Below, piece by piece: positions 12,851 through 26,299 of a DNA stretch of 64,000 bases. The notes under the pieces are model-generated. The model was not told where the DNA came from. It did not search any database and saw nothing but the letters and a program-made list of their open reading frames with translations. Location: assembly GCA_964016885.1 (NCBI GenBank), contig OZ024748.1, forward strand, positions 45,136,001 to 45,200,000, written 5' to 3'. The stretch is from Eledone cirrhosa (Eukaryota). Each line of letters begins with the position of its first letter. Position 1 is the first letter of the stretch. The position numbers were made by a program, and so were the translations under genes.

Positions 12851-13050
12851 NNNNNNNNNNNNNNNNNNNNNNNNNNNNNNNNNNNNNNNNNNNNNNNNNN
12901 NNNNNNNNNNNNNNNNNNNNNNNNNNNNNNNNNNNNNNNNNNNNNNNNNNNNNNNNNNNNNNNNNNNNNNNNNNNNNNNNNNNNNNNNNNNNNNNNNNNN
13001 NNNNNNNNNNNNNNNNNNNNNNNNNNNNNNNNNNNNNNNNNNNNNNNNNN
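12851..13050. other. Assembly gap (200 N)
   Basis: Run of N. Confidence 1.
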
Positions 13051-13076
13051 AGAGATAGAGTAGATAAAGAAAGTGA

Positions 13077-13165
<89 letters not shown>

Positions 13166-13253
13166 AGAGGGAGAGAGGAGGAAGAGAGACGGATATAGAG
13201 AGTGGAGGAGGAGGCGAGGAGAGAGTGAGAGGGAGAGAGAATGAGAGAGAGAG

Positions 13254-13293
<40 letters not shown>

Positions 13294-13512
13294 TGAGTGA
13301 CGGAGATAGAGATAGAGAAAGCTAGATAGATGGAGAGATAGATAGATAAAGATAAAGATAGATAGATAAACAAAGTGACGGAGAGACAGATAGAGAGAGG
13401 GAGAGAGAGGAGAGAGAGTGAAGTGAGAGAGAGAGAGAGAGAGTGAGAGAGAGAGAGAGAGAGAAGGAGAGAGAGAGAGAGAGAGAGAGACGGAGTGAGA
13501 GAGTGAGTGAGT
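13051..13512. repeat. (GA)n-rich low-complexity tract
   Basis: Direct inspection. Confidence 0.9.
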
Positions 13513-13560
13513 CAAATGAATTATTTTTGTCTCCAATGGTTGTCCGTATTTTAACGCTAC

Positions 13561-13637
13561 TTAATAGGATAGAAATTCTGCAAGAATCTGGCCGAGATTC
13601 TCAGATTCTTTGGAACTAAGTCTCTCCATTACAATCC
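13561..13637 (-). CDS. Candidate terminal coding exon (xIVMERLSSKESENLGQILAEFLSY*)
   Basis: Strong acceptor CATTCTTTATTATTTTAG; phase-1 frame open to TAA with helical protein-like composition. Confidence 0.4.
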
Positions 13638-13750
13638 CTAAAATAATAAAGAATGACAATACCATTATCACACGAATTTATCTACTTGTGTGTGTGTATG
13701 TGTGTGTGTGTTGTTTGGTTGTGTTTGTGTGTTTGTGTGTGTTTGTGTGT

Positions 13751-13813
<63 letters not shown>

Positions 13814-13895
13814 TGTGTGTGTGTGTGTGCTATGCATATGAAATGTATATGATATGATGTGAGACACACACACACACATACACATATAAATACAC

Positions 13896-13926
<31 letters not shown>

Positions 13927-14219
13927 ATACATATATACATATAAATATAGGTATACATATGTATATATATATGTATATATGGCGTATATATATATGCATA
14001 TATATATATGTATATATATACATATATATACATATATACACACACACATATATATATATATATGAATATATAAATATATATATGAATATATAAATATATA
14101 TATATAAATATATATAATTATATATATATATATATGTGTGTGTGTGTTTGTGTGTATATATATATTATATATATATATATAAATATATATAATTATATAT
14201 ATATATGTGTGTGTGTGTT

Positions 14220-14349
<130 letters not shown>

Positions 14350-14483
14350 CACACATACATACACACATACAAACATACATGTACGAAGTAAGAACATAAA
14401 ACACAAAGAAAAAACAAACCAGCTCCCCGCCCTCCTCTGCCAAACTTAAATCTTTTGTCCTCTCCTCATTGTCCAATAATTAC

Positions 14484-14521
14484 CTGAGATTCTCTTACGA
14501 TTTACCTGAGAGCGAAATTTC
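14484..14521 (-). CDS. Candidate internal exon (KFRSQVNRKRISG)
   Basis: Donor CAG|GTAATT; its phase-1 end matches the 13637 exon. Acceptor position uncertain. Confidence 0.3.
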
Positions 14522-14669
14522 CTTGAAATTGGTTTCGTCGTAAAGTTAACTTTGTGTCAAAATAAAGCTAACTTTGAAAATTAAGCTTGACTATTATTGT
14601 GAAAAGATTAATTAGTTAGGGTGTAGGGTGTCTTAAACGTTGTCTAACTCCTTGGATTGGCGGGGAAAA

Positions 14670-14679
14670 GACAGAGAGG

Positions 14680-14715
<36 letters not shown>

Positions 14716-14975
14716 TAGAGGGAGAGAGAGAGAGAGTGTGGGAGAAAAGAGAGAGAGTGAGAGAGAGAGAGTGAGTATGGAAGAGAGATAGATAGAGAAA
14801 CTGAGAGAGAAGAGAGATGGAGAAGAGAGAGAGAAGAGAGAGATGGAGAAGAGAAAGAGAGATGGAGAAGAGAAAGAGAGAGAGAGGGAGAGAGAGAAGA
14901 AAGAAGATAGTATGGAAGAGGGTGAGGGAGAGAGAGAAAGGGAGGTAGATAGATAATAGGTAGGTAGGTAGATAG

Positions 14976-15008
<33 letters not shown>

Positions 15009-15640
15009 TAGGGAGAGAGAAATGGAGAGGAAGAGGGAGAGAGAGAGATAGAGGGAGAGGGAGAGAGATGTGAGAGAAAGAGGGAGAGAGAGTGAGGGGG
15101 AGATGAGAGAGAGAGGGGTGAGAGGATAGGAGAGAGAAATGGAGAGGAAGAGGGAGAGAGAGAGATAGAGGAGAGGGAGAGAGATGGAGAGGAGAGAGAG
15201 AGAGAGAGAGAGAGAGGAGGGAGAGAGAGAGAGATAGGGAAGAGAGAATGAAGAGGAAGAGGGAGAGAGAGATAGGGGAGAGGGAGAGAGATGGAGAGAA
15301 AGAGGGAGAGAGAGAGGGAGAGATAGGAGAGAGAAATGGAGAGAAGAGGGAGAGGAGAGAGATAGAGGGAGAGGGAGAGAGATGGAAGAGGAAGAGAGAG
15401 AGGAGAGAGAGAGAGAGAGAGGGAGGGAGAGAGAGAGAGAGAGATAGGGAGAGAGAAATGAAGAGCAAGAGGGAGAGAGAGAGATAGAGGGAGAGGGAGA
15501 GAGAGAGAGAGATGGAGAAAAGAGAGAGAGAGGGAGAGAGGGGGGGAGAGAGAGAGAGAGAGAGAGAGATAGGGAGAGAGAAATGGAGAGGAAGAGGGAG
15601 AGAGAGAGAGATAGAGGGAGAGGGAGAGAGAGAGAGAGAT
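14670..15640. repeat. (GA)n-rich low-complexity tract
   Basis: Direct inspection. Confidence 0.9.
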
Positions 15641-15849
15641 TCATGACAGGTTTGCTACGGTAATGTTAAGTGGATTGGAAGTAGGATATATTGGTTGGGT
15701 TGGGGAGAGGACATGGTTTCTGTTTATGTCAAAAGTTATGATATATATATGTTAATAAAATATCATTATATGACTAAATAGAAGAGAGAAATGTGATGTA
15801 GTTCGTATTATATTACTGGTATATATTACATGTGACTTGCTGAACATAC

Positions 15850-15918
15850 AGCCGAGACCACTTGGCGCCGTGGTTGGGATTATACATATCTCTACGCACA
15901 TTGGTGTTGGAATAGCGC
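15850..15918 (-). CDS. Candidate internal exon (RYSNTNVRRDMYNPNHGAKWSRL)
   Basis: AAG acceptor, GTATGT donor, 69 nt, phase 2-2, compatible with exons at 60499-60643 and 14484-14521. Confidence 0.35.
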
Positions 15919-15977
15919 CTTGATTACACAGATACACAGACATGTATATATGTATGTATGTTCGTGTAGGTGTATAC

Positions 15978-16156
15978 ATAATTGTTTCTACTATTGGCAC
16001 AAGGCCAGCAATTACCCAGTACATTACTGGTACTTTATTTTATTAACCCCGTAAAGATGAAAGGCAAAGTTAACCTCGGCGGGATTTGAACTCAGAATGG
16101 CAAGGGCTGTAACTCTATGCGTCAAAGCATGGCGTGTAGGTATATACATAATAACG

Positions 16157-16197
<41 letters not shown>

Positions 16198-16378
16198 TGT
16201 TTCTACTATTGGCACAAGGCCAGCAATTAACCAGTGCATTACTGGTACTTTATTTTATCGACCCCGTAAGGATAAAAGGCAAAGTTAACCTCGGCGGGAT
16301 TTGAACTCAGATCATAAAGGGGCGTAACTCTGTGCTGCAAAGCATAGCGTCCGACCCTCTACCGATACTGCCAATCCA
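15978..16378 (-). mobile_element. Two adjacent copies of the abundant SINE
   Basis: Reverse complements of the 7649 consensus at ~15978-16135 and ~16193-16378. Confidence 0.8.
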
Positions 16379-16599
16379 AATTATAATGATGATAGTATAA
16401 TAGACCTTTTAAGGAATTATACTAGTCCAGCCTTTTATAATAATTAACTCCGTACTCGCACCACCAACTACAGAAACGAAGACGGGGGAGTTGCATTACG
16501 TTGAGTGCTCTCCCTAATACTACATCGAGGTTGACCATACGGAATGACCAGTTCTATCGAGTGGTAAACCAACATACATAAATAAATGAATATATATAT

Positions 16600-16975
16600 A
16601 TAGAAATATATATGATATTAAATAAATGGAAACTATATTTATAAAACCATATTTATTTCGTTATATATATTTCAGGGATATATTAACAATATGTTATGCC
16701 ATCTTCAGACAAAATACAATATAAACAGTCTTATAAATAAATAAATAGATACGACATACCTTTCAATCACCTTGCATTTGTGAGGTTGATTTGGCAGTCA
16801 TAAATAATATCATAAATATACTCCAAATACTTGTTGAGTGCTTTTATATCAGTTATAAATATTTACTCGTTGTTAACAGTTATAAATATTTACTCGTTGT
16901 TAACTCGTTGTTATATCAGTTATAAATACTTACTCGTTGTTAACCCAACAATTTAAATATAACTTTCCATATAGA
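16600..16975 (+). mobile_element. Family A pLTR remnant: inverted HHR-containing arm plus direct 3' tail
   Basis: 16613-16800 matches 45262-45447 (HHR on - strand at 16654-16716). 16808-16970 is the reverse complement of the 45175-45268 tail, with small internal duplications. Confidence 0.75.
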
Positions 16976-17244
16976 AATATATATATATATATATATGTAA
17001 GTATGTATGTATACGTACATACATATATGTATACAAACGTACAGATGATAACTAACAAGCTTGAAACTAGTACATCGTTCCTGTGTCAGTGTTGAACAAA
17101 AAGATGACGTGGTTGCCTTAACACCGTATGGCATAAATTCAGGCTGTTCAGTTTGTTTACAAACGAACAAAGCGGCGTTATAATAAGCGTCCGCTAAACT
17201 GATGCGTGCATATATGTATGTGTACCTATGTGTATATATGTATA

Positions 17245-17288
<44 letters not shown>

Positions 17289-17398
17289 GCATGCTACTGT
17301 ACGTCTGTATACATATATGTATGTACGTATACATACTTACATTTAAGTAAGTGCCATACTAAGAGTGAGAAATGAAATTTCGTTTTCATTTTTTTCAA

Positions 17399-17433
<35 letters not shown>

Positions 17434-17438
<5 letters not shown>

Positions 17439-18132
17439 GGTATCTATTTTTGAAGTTCTAGTCAACTTTATTTTGTTACCTACCTAGCTATGTGTGGTTA
17501 CACGCTTGTAAAAATTATCTCCTGTGATTATTCATGTTTATATATATGTTAATCAATTTCTAGTTATTATAAAATACTCGGACCTACTCGATAGAATCTT
17601 TGAGCTTATTTTCCGGGCGATATGGCGCACGCCGTTATGGCATGACACCCATAATTTTGATTTAGATTAAATTCATTTAATTTATCTTAATTTTGGATAT
17701 AGATATATAAATACGGCTCCTTAATTGTAGAGCTAACTCTGTTGAAAGGAATCGACTGCTGTTTCTAGTTGTCGAATACCTATTCACGCCACTGAGACGA
17801 AGCTACTGTGATGTGTAAACACAACACGTGGTAGTAGCCAGTTGCAGATTTGAACTCGTTGTGTAAACATGGATTGCTGGAAATTTTTCTTCCTTGTTGA
17901 AAATCCAAAAAATATCCACTTCCGTGATTTACCATCTGATTAATTGGTGAAATATATTTCTTTAATGGAATATATACAGGGAAGATTAATCATATTAAAA
18001 GGTATCTATTTTTGAAGTTCTAGTCAACTTTATTTTGTTACCTACCTAGCTATGTGTGGTTACACGCTTGTAAAAATGATCTCCTGTGATTATTCATGTT
18101 TATATATATGTTAATCAATTTCTAGTTATTAT
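17434..18132 (+). mobile_element. Element in (TA)n with ~137-bp direct repeats (pLTR-like tandem)
   Basis: 17434-17570 is essentially identical to ~17995-18131; ACTC follows the first copy at 17576. Confidence 0.6.
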
Positions 18133-18144
18133 ATATATACATAT

Positions 18145-18441
<297 letters not shown>

Positions 18442-18555
18442 GTATATATAACAGAGCTCAGCCGTCTCTTTTCCTATATATATATAGATACCCCCCCCAC
18501 CAACACGCATATGTATATATATATATATATGTGTATATATACATACATACATACA

Positions 18556-18780
18556 TTTCGACAGCTAGAGTTCGGATATAGCTGTCGAAACGACCGGAAA
18601 AAGCCGTCGGGTTCCTGACTCTTTTCCTATTGCCCACTCTACTACCCTAAGTATCAAGTACTCTTGTGCGTTAGGGTCCACCTGTTTTTACCGCACTTTC
18701 TTTGTTATATATATATATATATATATATATAACAAAGAAAGTGCAGTAAAAACAGGTGGACCCTAACGCACAAGAGTACT

Positions 18781-18783
<3 letters not shown>
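18556..18783 (+). mobile_element. Fold-back element (family E) with 3' half of an HHR
   Basis: GACAGCTA/TAGCTGTC-GAAACG...CCGTC; homologous to 4588-4635 and 35882-36086. 18653-18706 is inverted at 18730-18783 across a (TA)n. Confidence 0.55.
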
Positions 18784-18849
<66 letters not shown>

Positions 18850-19122
18850 GTTATGCAGGAAATGTTTAGGATTATCCTGAATGCAGTAATGGTTAATTAC
18901 TACACTAGATAGGGTCGACGGGGTTACTAAACGAGTTACAAAAGAACAGTTAAAGAAACTTGGTTTCCGATTCTCCTATATTCCGGAGTGTAGATAAAGG
19001 ATGATTAATAAAACAGGTAGACATCGTAAAAAGGTAATTTATTTCAAGTGTTTACAAATGTTTCTTTAGTAGTTACACAGCCTAGTCATGCTATATACAA
19101 ATTGGTAGTTATTTATTTGCAG

Positions 19123-20620
19123 ATACTCAATTTTAATAACAAGAGTAAGTCTAAGTTTATACAATTCGATATAGATGAATACTACTCTTCGATCTCACCA
19201 AGTACTTTACGTAAGGCCCTATCGTTTGCCAAGGTCAATTCAGACCTAACGGAGGACGAAATTAATATTATTCTAGAGGCTAGGAAAACTATTATCAAGT
19301 TTGATAACTGCTACTGGGAGCGTAAGGATAGACCCCTAACTTCGACATTACCATGGGCTCCAATGATTCAGCGGAGGTCACGGATCTTGTGGGAATTTAC
19401 ATAGCCCACATACTACATGGAAAATTTAAAAATCTACAGGGGGGGGGGGGGGATATATAGAGACGACGCGCTTCTATTAGTTAATAACTTAAATAACCAG
19501 AAGATAAACGAGAACCTTACCTATATTAATTACAACTTGAATCACCTACTTTCCATGATTAAATCGGTTCCTCGTAGTATTTCTCTCAGAATCTCTCGCC
19601 TATCGTCTAACTCTCAGATTTTCAACGAACATGCAGAATACTGTAATAACGCACTGGAAAATGCCGACCACCGGGATAAAATAGAATACATTGATAAGAA
19701 TCACCAGAGCACACATAACAACACACAGAATCGAAGAATATGTAACCGGGACACAGGCATACAAACACACACGCAGTACTACCAGACATACTAATAATAG
19801 AAAATTATCACCAAACTCAAATAGATTACGTTGTAGGAAGTATGTCTGGTATAACCCATTTTTAATGCTTCGATTAATACAAAACTATCTCCTTTATTCT
19901 TTAAGTTAATTAACAGGCATTTCCCTAATTCCCATAAATACAGTAAAATTCTAAACTCTAAAACTGTTAAGCTATCATACTCCACTGCACCAAACCTAGA
20001 AGTACACATAAAAAACTTAACTTAAAGCGATTATTAAACAATACTACAAAACAAAATATTTTAGACACAGATGGGCATAACGTAATATCAACTTCCCAAC
20101 CACCAAATGGGTGACAAGTATTACGCAACCAACCTGTACTGTTATCCCAACCTATCCATGGTACAGTTGTTACCCATAACAAAAACTGTAATTGCCACCT
20201 ACCCGAGAGATGCCCATTGAAGAATAAATGCCTGGAGTCCAACATTGTTTATCAATGCAATGTCGAATCAAACGACCAGAAATGGTATTACGTCGGATCT
20301 ACCACTACCTCCTTTAAATCACGCTGGTATCGTCATCGATTTTCGATTAATCATCCTGAACACCGTTATGTAACCACACTCGCTAATAAGACCTGGCAAC
20401 TCCGTGAATACAACCGGCAGTTCACCCTAAAATGGGATAAATTATCCACCGCTAGTGCATAACGGAGTGGATTAAAATACTGCAGATTATGCACCCTTGA
20501 ACTTTTTTATATCTTGAAATCTAAAGACAATTTACTAAATGACAGAATCGAACGATCGTTATACTGCAACCACAAACTGAAGGCTAAATTGTGTTACTAT
20601 AAAAGTAACTTAACATAATT
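19123..20620 (+). pseudogene. Degenerate Penelope-like element (RT + GIY-YIG), second clade
   Basis: Frameshifted motifs FIQFDIDEYYSSIS, FDITMGSNDSAEVTDLVG, GGIYRDDAL, thumb SISLRISRLSSN, Cys linker CNC...CPLKNKC, GIY-YIG NIVYQCNV...YYVGSTTTSFKSRWYRH. Confidence 0.85.
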
Positions 20621-20824
20621 TGAACCCGAGACTACTACACCACTTTCTCGCTAACTAATTTCACTCAATACTTCCTAACTATACCCCCCCCCCCACACAC
20701 ACACACACTACCAACCAGTACCTTGCTTATCGCAATAAATGGATACTTAAGTACGATCAGCAAGCTACAACTATCAATTCGGTGTATATCGCCTTTCCTT
20801 CCCCTTCTCTTAACTTGTTCTGTC

Positions 20825-20859
<35 letters not shown>

Positions 20860-20908
20860 CTCTCTCTCTCTCTCTCTCCCTCTCTCTCTCTCTCCCTCTT
20901 TTCTCTCT

Positions 20909-20978
<70 letters not shown>

Positions 20979-20994
20979 CTCTGTCTATCTAAGC

Positions 20995-21512
20995 ATTCCT
21001 GGTCAGATATATATTCAATTAAGGTTAATAGTATGAAATAGATACTATAGGTCATTCCTAATTTGAGGAATTTTTGTGGAGTGGTGCTACTGAAATTGAT
21101 GGTTAGAGTAGAACATTTACAAATAAAAAGACTTATGTAGGTTGGCTTGCACGTACACTCACACCCACCTCCACAGACACACACATCCACACATACAAAA
21201 TGTGGGGTGGTAATACTTAAAATAATGGTTAGACTCCAATACTTAGATAGTTTAGAAAATTTAGAAATAAAAGGTTTATGCTGGTTGACTTGTACATACA
21301 CTCACACCTACCCCCTCAGACACACACACATCTACACACACAAATCCATACAGGTGTGTATATATATATATATGTATGTATGTACGCACAAGTATATATA
21401 TATATATATATACACAGTAGCACCACTCCACATAAATTCCTCAATTTAAGAATGACCTGTAGTATCTATTTCATACTATTAACCTTAATTGAATATATAT
21501 CTGACCAGGAAT
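20995..21512. repeat. ~98-bp inverted repeat pair with ~325-bp spacer
   Basis: 20995-21092 is the reverse complement of 21415-21512, with a few mismatches. Confidence 0.8.
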
Positions 21513-21753
21513 ACTTTTTGTGAAAATCAGTCATATGGAACTATTGTTATCTTGCCTGACGGTTTGAACTTTACAACACCACCTGCCTCTTTGAGGTCAA
21601 ATACCAACCCTACTAGCATCTACAAACTGACCAATGAGAATCAAGACTATTCCTGCTGACAACATTAAATCATTCCTAACAAGCTCATATGTCCCAAGGC
21701 TCTGATACCATCAACACTATAAACACAGAGCTGGCATATCTAAGAACTGACCA

Positions 21754-21809
21754 ACTGCCTGGTGAGGTCATAGCCATTCAATGGCTATCATCGAAATATA
21801 TATAGCAGT
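21754..21809 (+). ncRNA. Hammerhead ribozyme (family C), core mutated (CTGGTGA)
   Basis: ACTGC-CTGGTGA-GGTCATAGCCAT-TCA-ATGGCTATCATC-GAAA-TATATA-TA-GCAGT. Confidence 0.65.
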
Positions 21810-21850
21810 AAAGAAAGGATTATGAGTTCATGCAATTGACTTATGTTTAG

Positions 21851-22006
<156 letters not shown>

Positions 22007-22467
22007 AAAATACTGCAGGTAGCACATGGATAACATGTAATAAAATGAGTCCCTCATCAGTGATTTGCCGAAGATCATAGATATTTCATTGCATTAAAAA
22101 TCATATACCTCACTTCGGTGCAATAATAACCAAAATAAGTTATTAGGACAATTAAAACGCGTAAAGCGAGTGAGACAGGAGAACAACAGTGTAAGGCTAA
22201 CCAGGGGAAAGAAACAAGCTTCAAAAATTATTCTGTTTAGCATAAGCTAGGTGAATATATGAGCGCTTTTAGAACAGACAGTACACGAGCGTAGGCTATG
22301 AGCGGAGAGAGAAAAATAGCTTTCGTGGTGTACAGGATGAAATGAAGAGAAGAGAGAGAAACAGTGAGTGAGTGAAAGTGTGAGGAAGAGTTAACTGACA
22401 TGACAGAGGGGGAGAAACAGAGAGAATGGGGGAACAGTAAGATATATATATATATATATATATATAT

Positions 22468-22710
22468 AGTAGAACACAGTGGTAGAGCACTCAGTCCATG
22501 GGACGAGTTAGGTTAGGTAGAAGTTGTTTCACAACAGTTAGTTCACCATACCGAGAACAATTGTTTCACCTTAGCGGATCCTCAGCTCGTAATGGGCTTG
22601 GTTATACGGAACAGCCAGTTCCGTATAACCATGTCCATTACGAACTGAGGATCCGCTAAGGTGAAACAATTGTATTCGGTATGGTGAACTAACTATTGTG
22701 AAACCACTTA
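22468..22710 (-). mobile_element. Fold-back HHR element (family D) with two intact HHRs
   Basis: HHR on - at 22552-22589 (CGAG...CTCG) and on + at 22641-22678 (CGAA...TTCG). Palindromic stem III ACAATTGT. ACTC...GAGTGCT on - at 22486-22508. Confidence 0.8.
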
Positions 22711-23309
22711 TAATTTAATTGGAAAATTCTGTTGATTGGTTTATTATTTGTGTTAGTTTTATAACATCTAGTCGAGAGCTTATCATGATGATTAGCGGAA
22801 ATTTAAATATTTCCATTTGCTAGCATTTGAATGACCCGCCAAAAACCAGGGGTTATTTCCCTTGCCGGAATTAACACGTGATAAATATAGATACGATTAA
22901 CAGCCGTGAGAGCAGCAACATATTTTATCACTCCTGATCCTAACCAGAACGAAAACCTGCTGATAAACTGATTCCTCTGTTCAGTCACCAATACCATGAA
23001 CTTGCCACTAAAGTAAGTCTGATATTTGATTTCGGAGTCAGAGAAACATTTCAAACGTTCGTCTGATTTGTCCAGGTCTATTTTTCTCAACCTGATTAGT
23101 TTCTTCGTTACTATGGTATGTATTGTGTGTTAGCTTAGCCTACCACAATGTCCGATTTGTCAAGCTATTTAAACGTATGTTATAACTCTGAGACCTATCT
23201 TATCGAGTGCTTCGCTAACCCATCACTTCATATAAGTAGGCCGCCGAATTACTTGCAAACCGCCAGAGATTCGATTTTACTGATTCCCAATTATATATAT
23301 ATATATATA

Positions 23310-23842
23310 TAAAATAAAGTTAAATAAAAGTCAAATGATTAAAATTTAGCTTCGTTTATTACTGCTATATATATTTCAGTGACAGCCATCTTTGGCTGTG
23401 ACCTCTTCAGGCAGTTTGAATTAGTATGGTATAGACAAGTACATATGTTGTTTAGGTGTATGATATTGTCAATACTCTGATATGCCCAGTTCCTTGTTGA
23501 GTTGTTAATTCACTGGGGAACTGTCATATGACTCCAGTTCCCCAGTGAATTAACAACCCAACAAGGAACTGGGCATATCAGAGTATTGACAATATCATAC
23601 ACCTAAACAACATATGTACTTGTCTATACCATACTAATTCAAACTGCCTGAAGAGGTCACAGCCAAAGATGGCTGTCACTGAAATATATATAGCAGTAAT
23701 AAACGAAGCTAAATTTTAATCATTTGACTTTTATTTAACTTTATTTTACACTACTCCGGAGTAACCAAACCAACCTGCGCACTTCGTCGAGTGCTCCAGC
23801 CTGCATACTGAGGTGTTGGTATACAACCAACATAAACTCAAA
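23310..23842 (+). mobile_element. Large fold-back HHR element (family C)
   Basis: ~214-bp near-perfect inverted arms 23310-23523 / 23535-23748 with an 11-nt spacer. Tail 23749-23842 carries ACTC...GAGTGCT (23753-23795). Partial homologue at 37030-37262. Confidence 0.85.
23643..23697 (+). ncRNA. Minimal type-I hammerhead ribozyme (intact core)
   Basis: ACTGC-CTGAAGA-GGTCACAGCCA-AAGA-TGGCTGTCACT-GAAA-TATATA-TA-GCAGT: stem I ACTGC/GCAGT, ~10-bp stem II, palindromic stem III, AUA site. Mirror copy on - at ~23361-23415. Confidence 0.85.
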
Positions 23843-23883
<41 letters not shown>

Positions 23884-24046
23884 AAGCAAAGTTTAAAAGA
23901 TGTTATTTCGTTCATGGCTTTCCTAGAGCTATTAGTCATATTTAGAGTCGACTTGTCAATCTTCTGGCTCTTTAGTAACAACCTTGTTATTTCTTGTGTG
24001 TTTAACTGTTGAATTAATTGAATTTGATTATTTTAACAAACAAATA

Positions 24047-24142
<96 letters not shown>

Positions 24143-24479
24143 GTGTGTGTGTATATATATATTATTTGTTTGTTAAAATAATCAAATTCAATTAATTCAA
24201 CAGTTAAGTAAGGTACTCAATATATAGCAGAGTATAAATATTTAATATAGAAAGGGTTTCTACAGGACTAGAACTGTTTCATTCGGAAGAAATCATCATA
24301 TAGACTGTCGATCGACTTTCGTCAAATCGGACTGACGAAACAATGTTTCCATTTGTCTTTCTAATTGCTAATATTATCTATCGGTCGTAACTCCAGGTAG
24401 AAGGAGCAACATGAAATAAAGTGTCTTGCTCAAGGACATAACACATCACTATTTAACAGAATATTTAATATACTATTTA

Positions 24480-24750
24480 ATGGTATCTTGGGCATTTTAA
24501 ACCTGGAACAACCCATCTCTTCTCCAGCTCTGAATACAGAAGATTTCTTCCAGAGCGGAATAGAGAGAGTGAGTGAATGGAACTGAGAAACAGATATAGA
24601 GGAAGAATCGACCCAGTATTTGATTGGTACTTTTCTTATCGACATTGATACATGAGAAGCAAAGTTGATTTCAGTGGGATTTGAAGTGAGATATCAGACA
24701 GCCGAAACCAATTCTATCAGACGTTCTGAAGACTCTGTAAGTTCCTCGCC
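24480..24750 (-). mobile_element. Diverged SINE copy
   Basis: Reverse complement of the 7153 variant. Confidence 0.6.
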
Positions 24751-25270
24751 ATAAGAAACTGCAACGGCCATAAAACTCGAAAGAGTATGAAGACTATTTT
24801 AGTTGGATATGATGCAGTTGTTGTTGTTCGAACCCTCATTGGCTCCGACCAGTTGTTTGATAAAGGGTACAACATGCTCGTGAAATTAATGTACAAGTGT
24901 CTGAGCATTCTACAGGCAAAGCACCGGAACTAATAGCACATACCATTCTATCCGACGTTCTAACGACTCTGCCAATTCGACGCCTAATGAACTAAATACA
25001 AATGACTATAAACAAACAAACAAACTATATAATCAACAAAGCAAGTTTAATATATCGATTATTAATGTATCGATTCGTAATATATTGATAAGGTTAATAT
25101 AATCCACAAACAAACAATAGGAATTGATAAGTTCTGTAATGTTTGATGTAAGAATAAATTGTTAAGTTAATTAACAAATACAGTTCTTGAACAGTGTCTG
25201 GTGGTGCTTGTGTATATATATGTATATACACATATATATTCATGTTACCAGTAGCACTCAAGAGTGACCC

Positions 25271-25310
<40 letters not shown>

Positions 25311-25314
<4 letters not shown>

Positions 25315-25870
25315 GGGTCACTCTTGAGTGCTATTGGTAACATGTAACCCAGTACAACCTGTCGCATGGTGGGGTCATCGGCGACTAAACTGACAACCCC
25401 ACCAAGTTGGTGAGGAGGGTGATTTTGGACACCCTGCAGGACAAAAAAACAAAACCTGACAAAGGGCGGAAGAACTCATAAGAGTCAACGGCCATGCAAA
25501 AGTGTGTATATATGTATTTACACATGTACATATGTATGTATATGCGCGGGGACATAGAAAAAGTCGGGCTGGACACCCGATGACGCGGTTAAACCACTGG
25601 GAGGGAAGGACTCCTATCCTTTGTCAGGGCATTCTTCTAAGAGAAGGCAACTCAGGAAACTTGGATAACTCCGATATAAAACCTGCGGCTCAGTAGCTAC
25701 CGATGATGTTGATCTTAGCTACTGTCGCTCAGAGAATGGTATTGGCTCAGTGCACAGTCTTTCCTCACTTTAACAAATATCTTCACGCACAGGCATTGCA
25801 CGATAGAATTAATTAATAATTATTAATAATGGTATATCGTGCAATGGCCATACTCGATAACGAGGGGGCA

Positions 25871-25877
<7 letters not shown>
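25311..25877 (+). mobile_element. Interspersed repeat, possibly RTE 5'UTR-derived non-autonomous element
   Basis: 25314-25495 recurs at 49972-50155. Contains TTCTAAGAGAAGGCAACTC...AAAACCT, resembling RTE 5'UTR motifs. First ~34 bp mirrored at 25241-25274. Confidence 0.45.
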
Positions 25878-25923
<46 letters not shown>

Positions 25924-26007
25924 AAAGGTAAACAGGAATAACAACACAATCGGTACAGTATATGGAAGGTATATATTAGGTTAACGCTTGATATAGCAGG
26001 AAGAGGG

Positions 26008-26043
26008 TCTTAACGTTTCGGACGCTAGTCCTTCATCCGAAGA
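26008..26043 (-). ncRNA. Minimal HHR (family F), U4 mutated
   Basis: TCTT-CGGATGA-AGGAC-TAGC-GTCC-GAAACGTT-AAGA. Homologue at ~38628-38661 has intact CTGACGA but GGAAC. Confidence 0.6.
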
Positions 26044-26147
26044 AAGAATGAGAAATAAAATCGATTAAGGGGACGGGCGAGATGGAATTGGAAAAAAAAA
26101 AATATATACATATATACATATATATATATGTATATAGACACACACAC

Positions 26148-26299
<152 letters not shown>

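Noticed and set aside
22803-23090. 95-aa minus-strand ORF as host exon
   Set aside because: No recognisable domain or convincing donor; the region ends in an ACTC...GAGTGCT tail, suggesting repeat origin.
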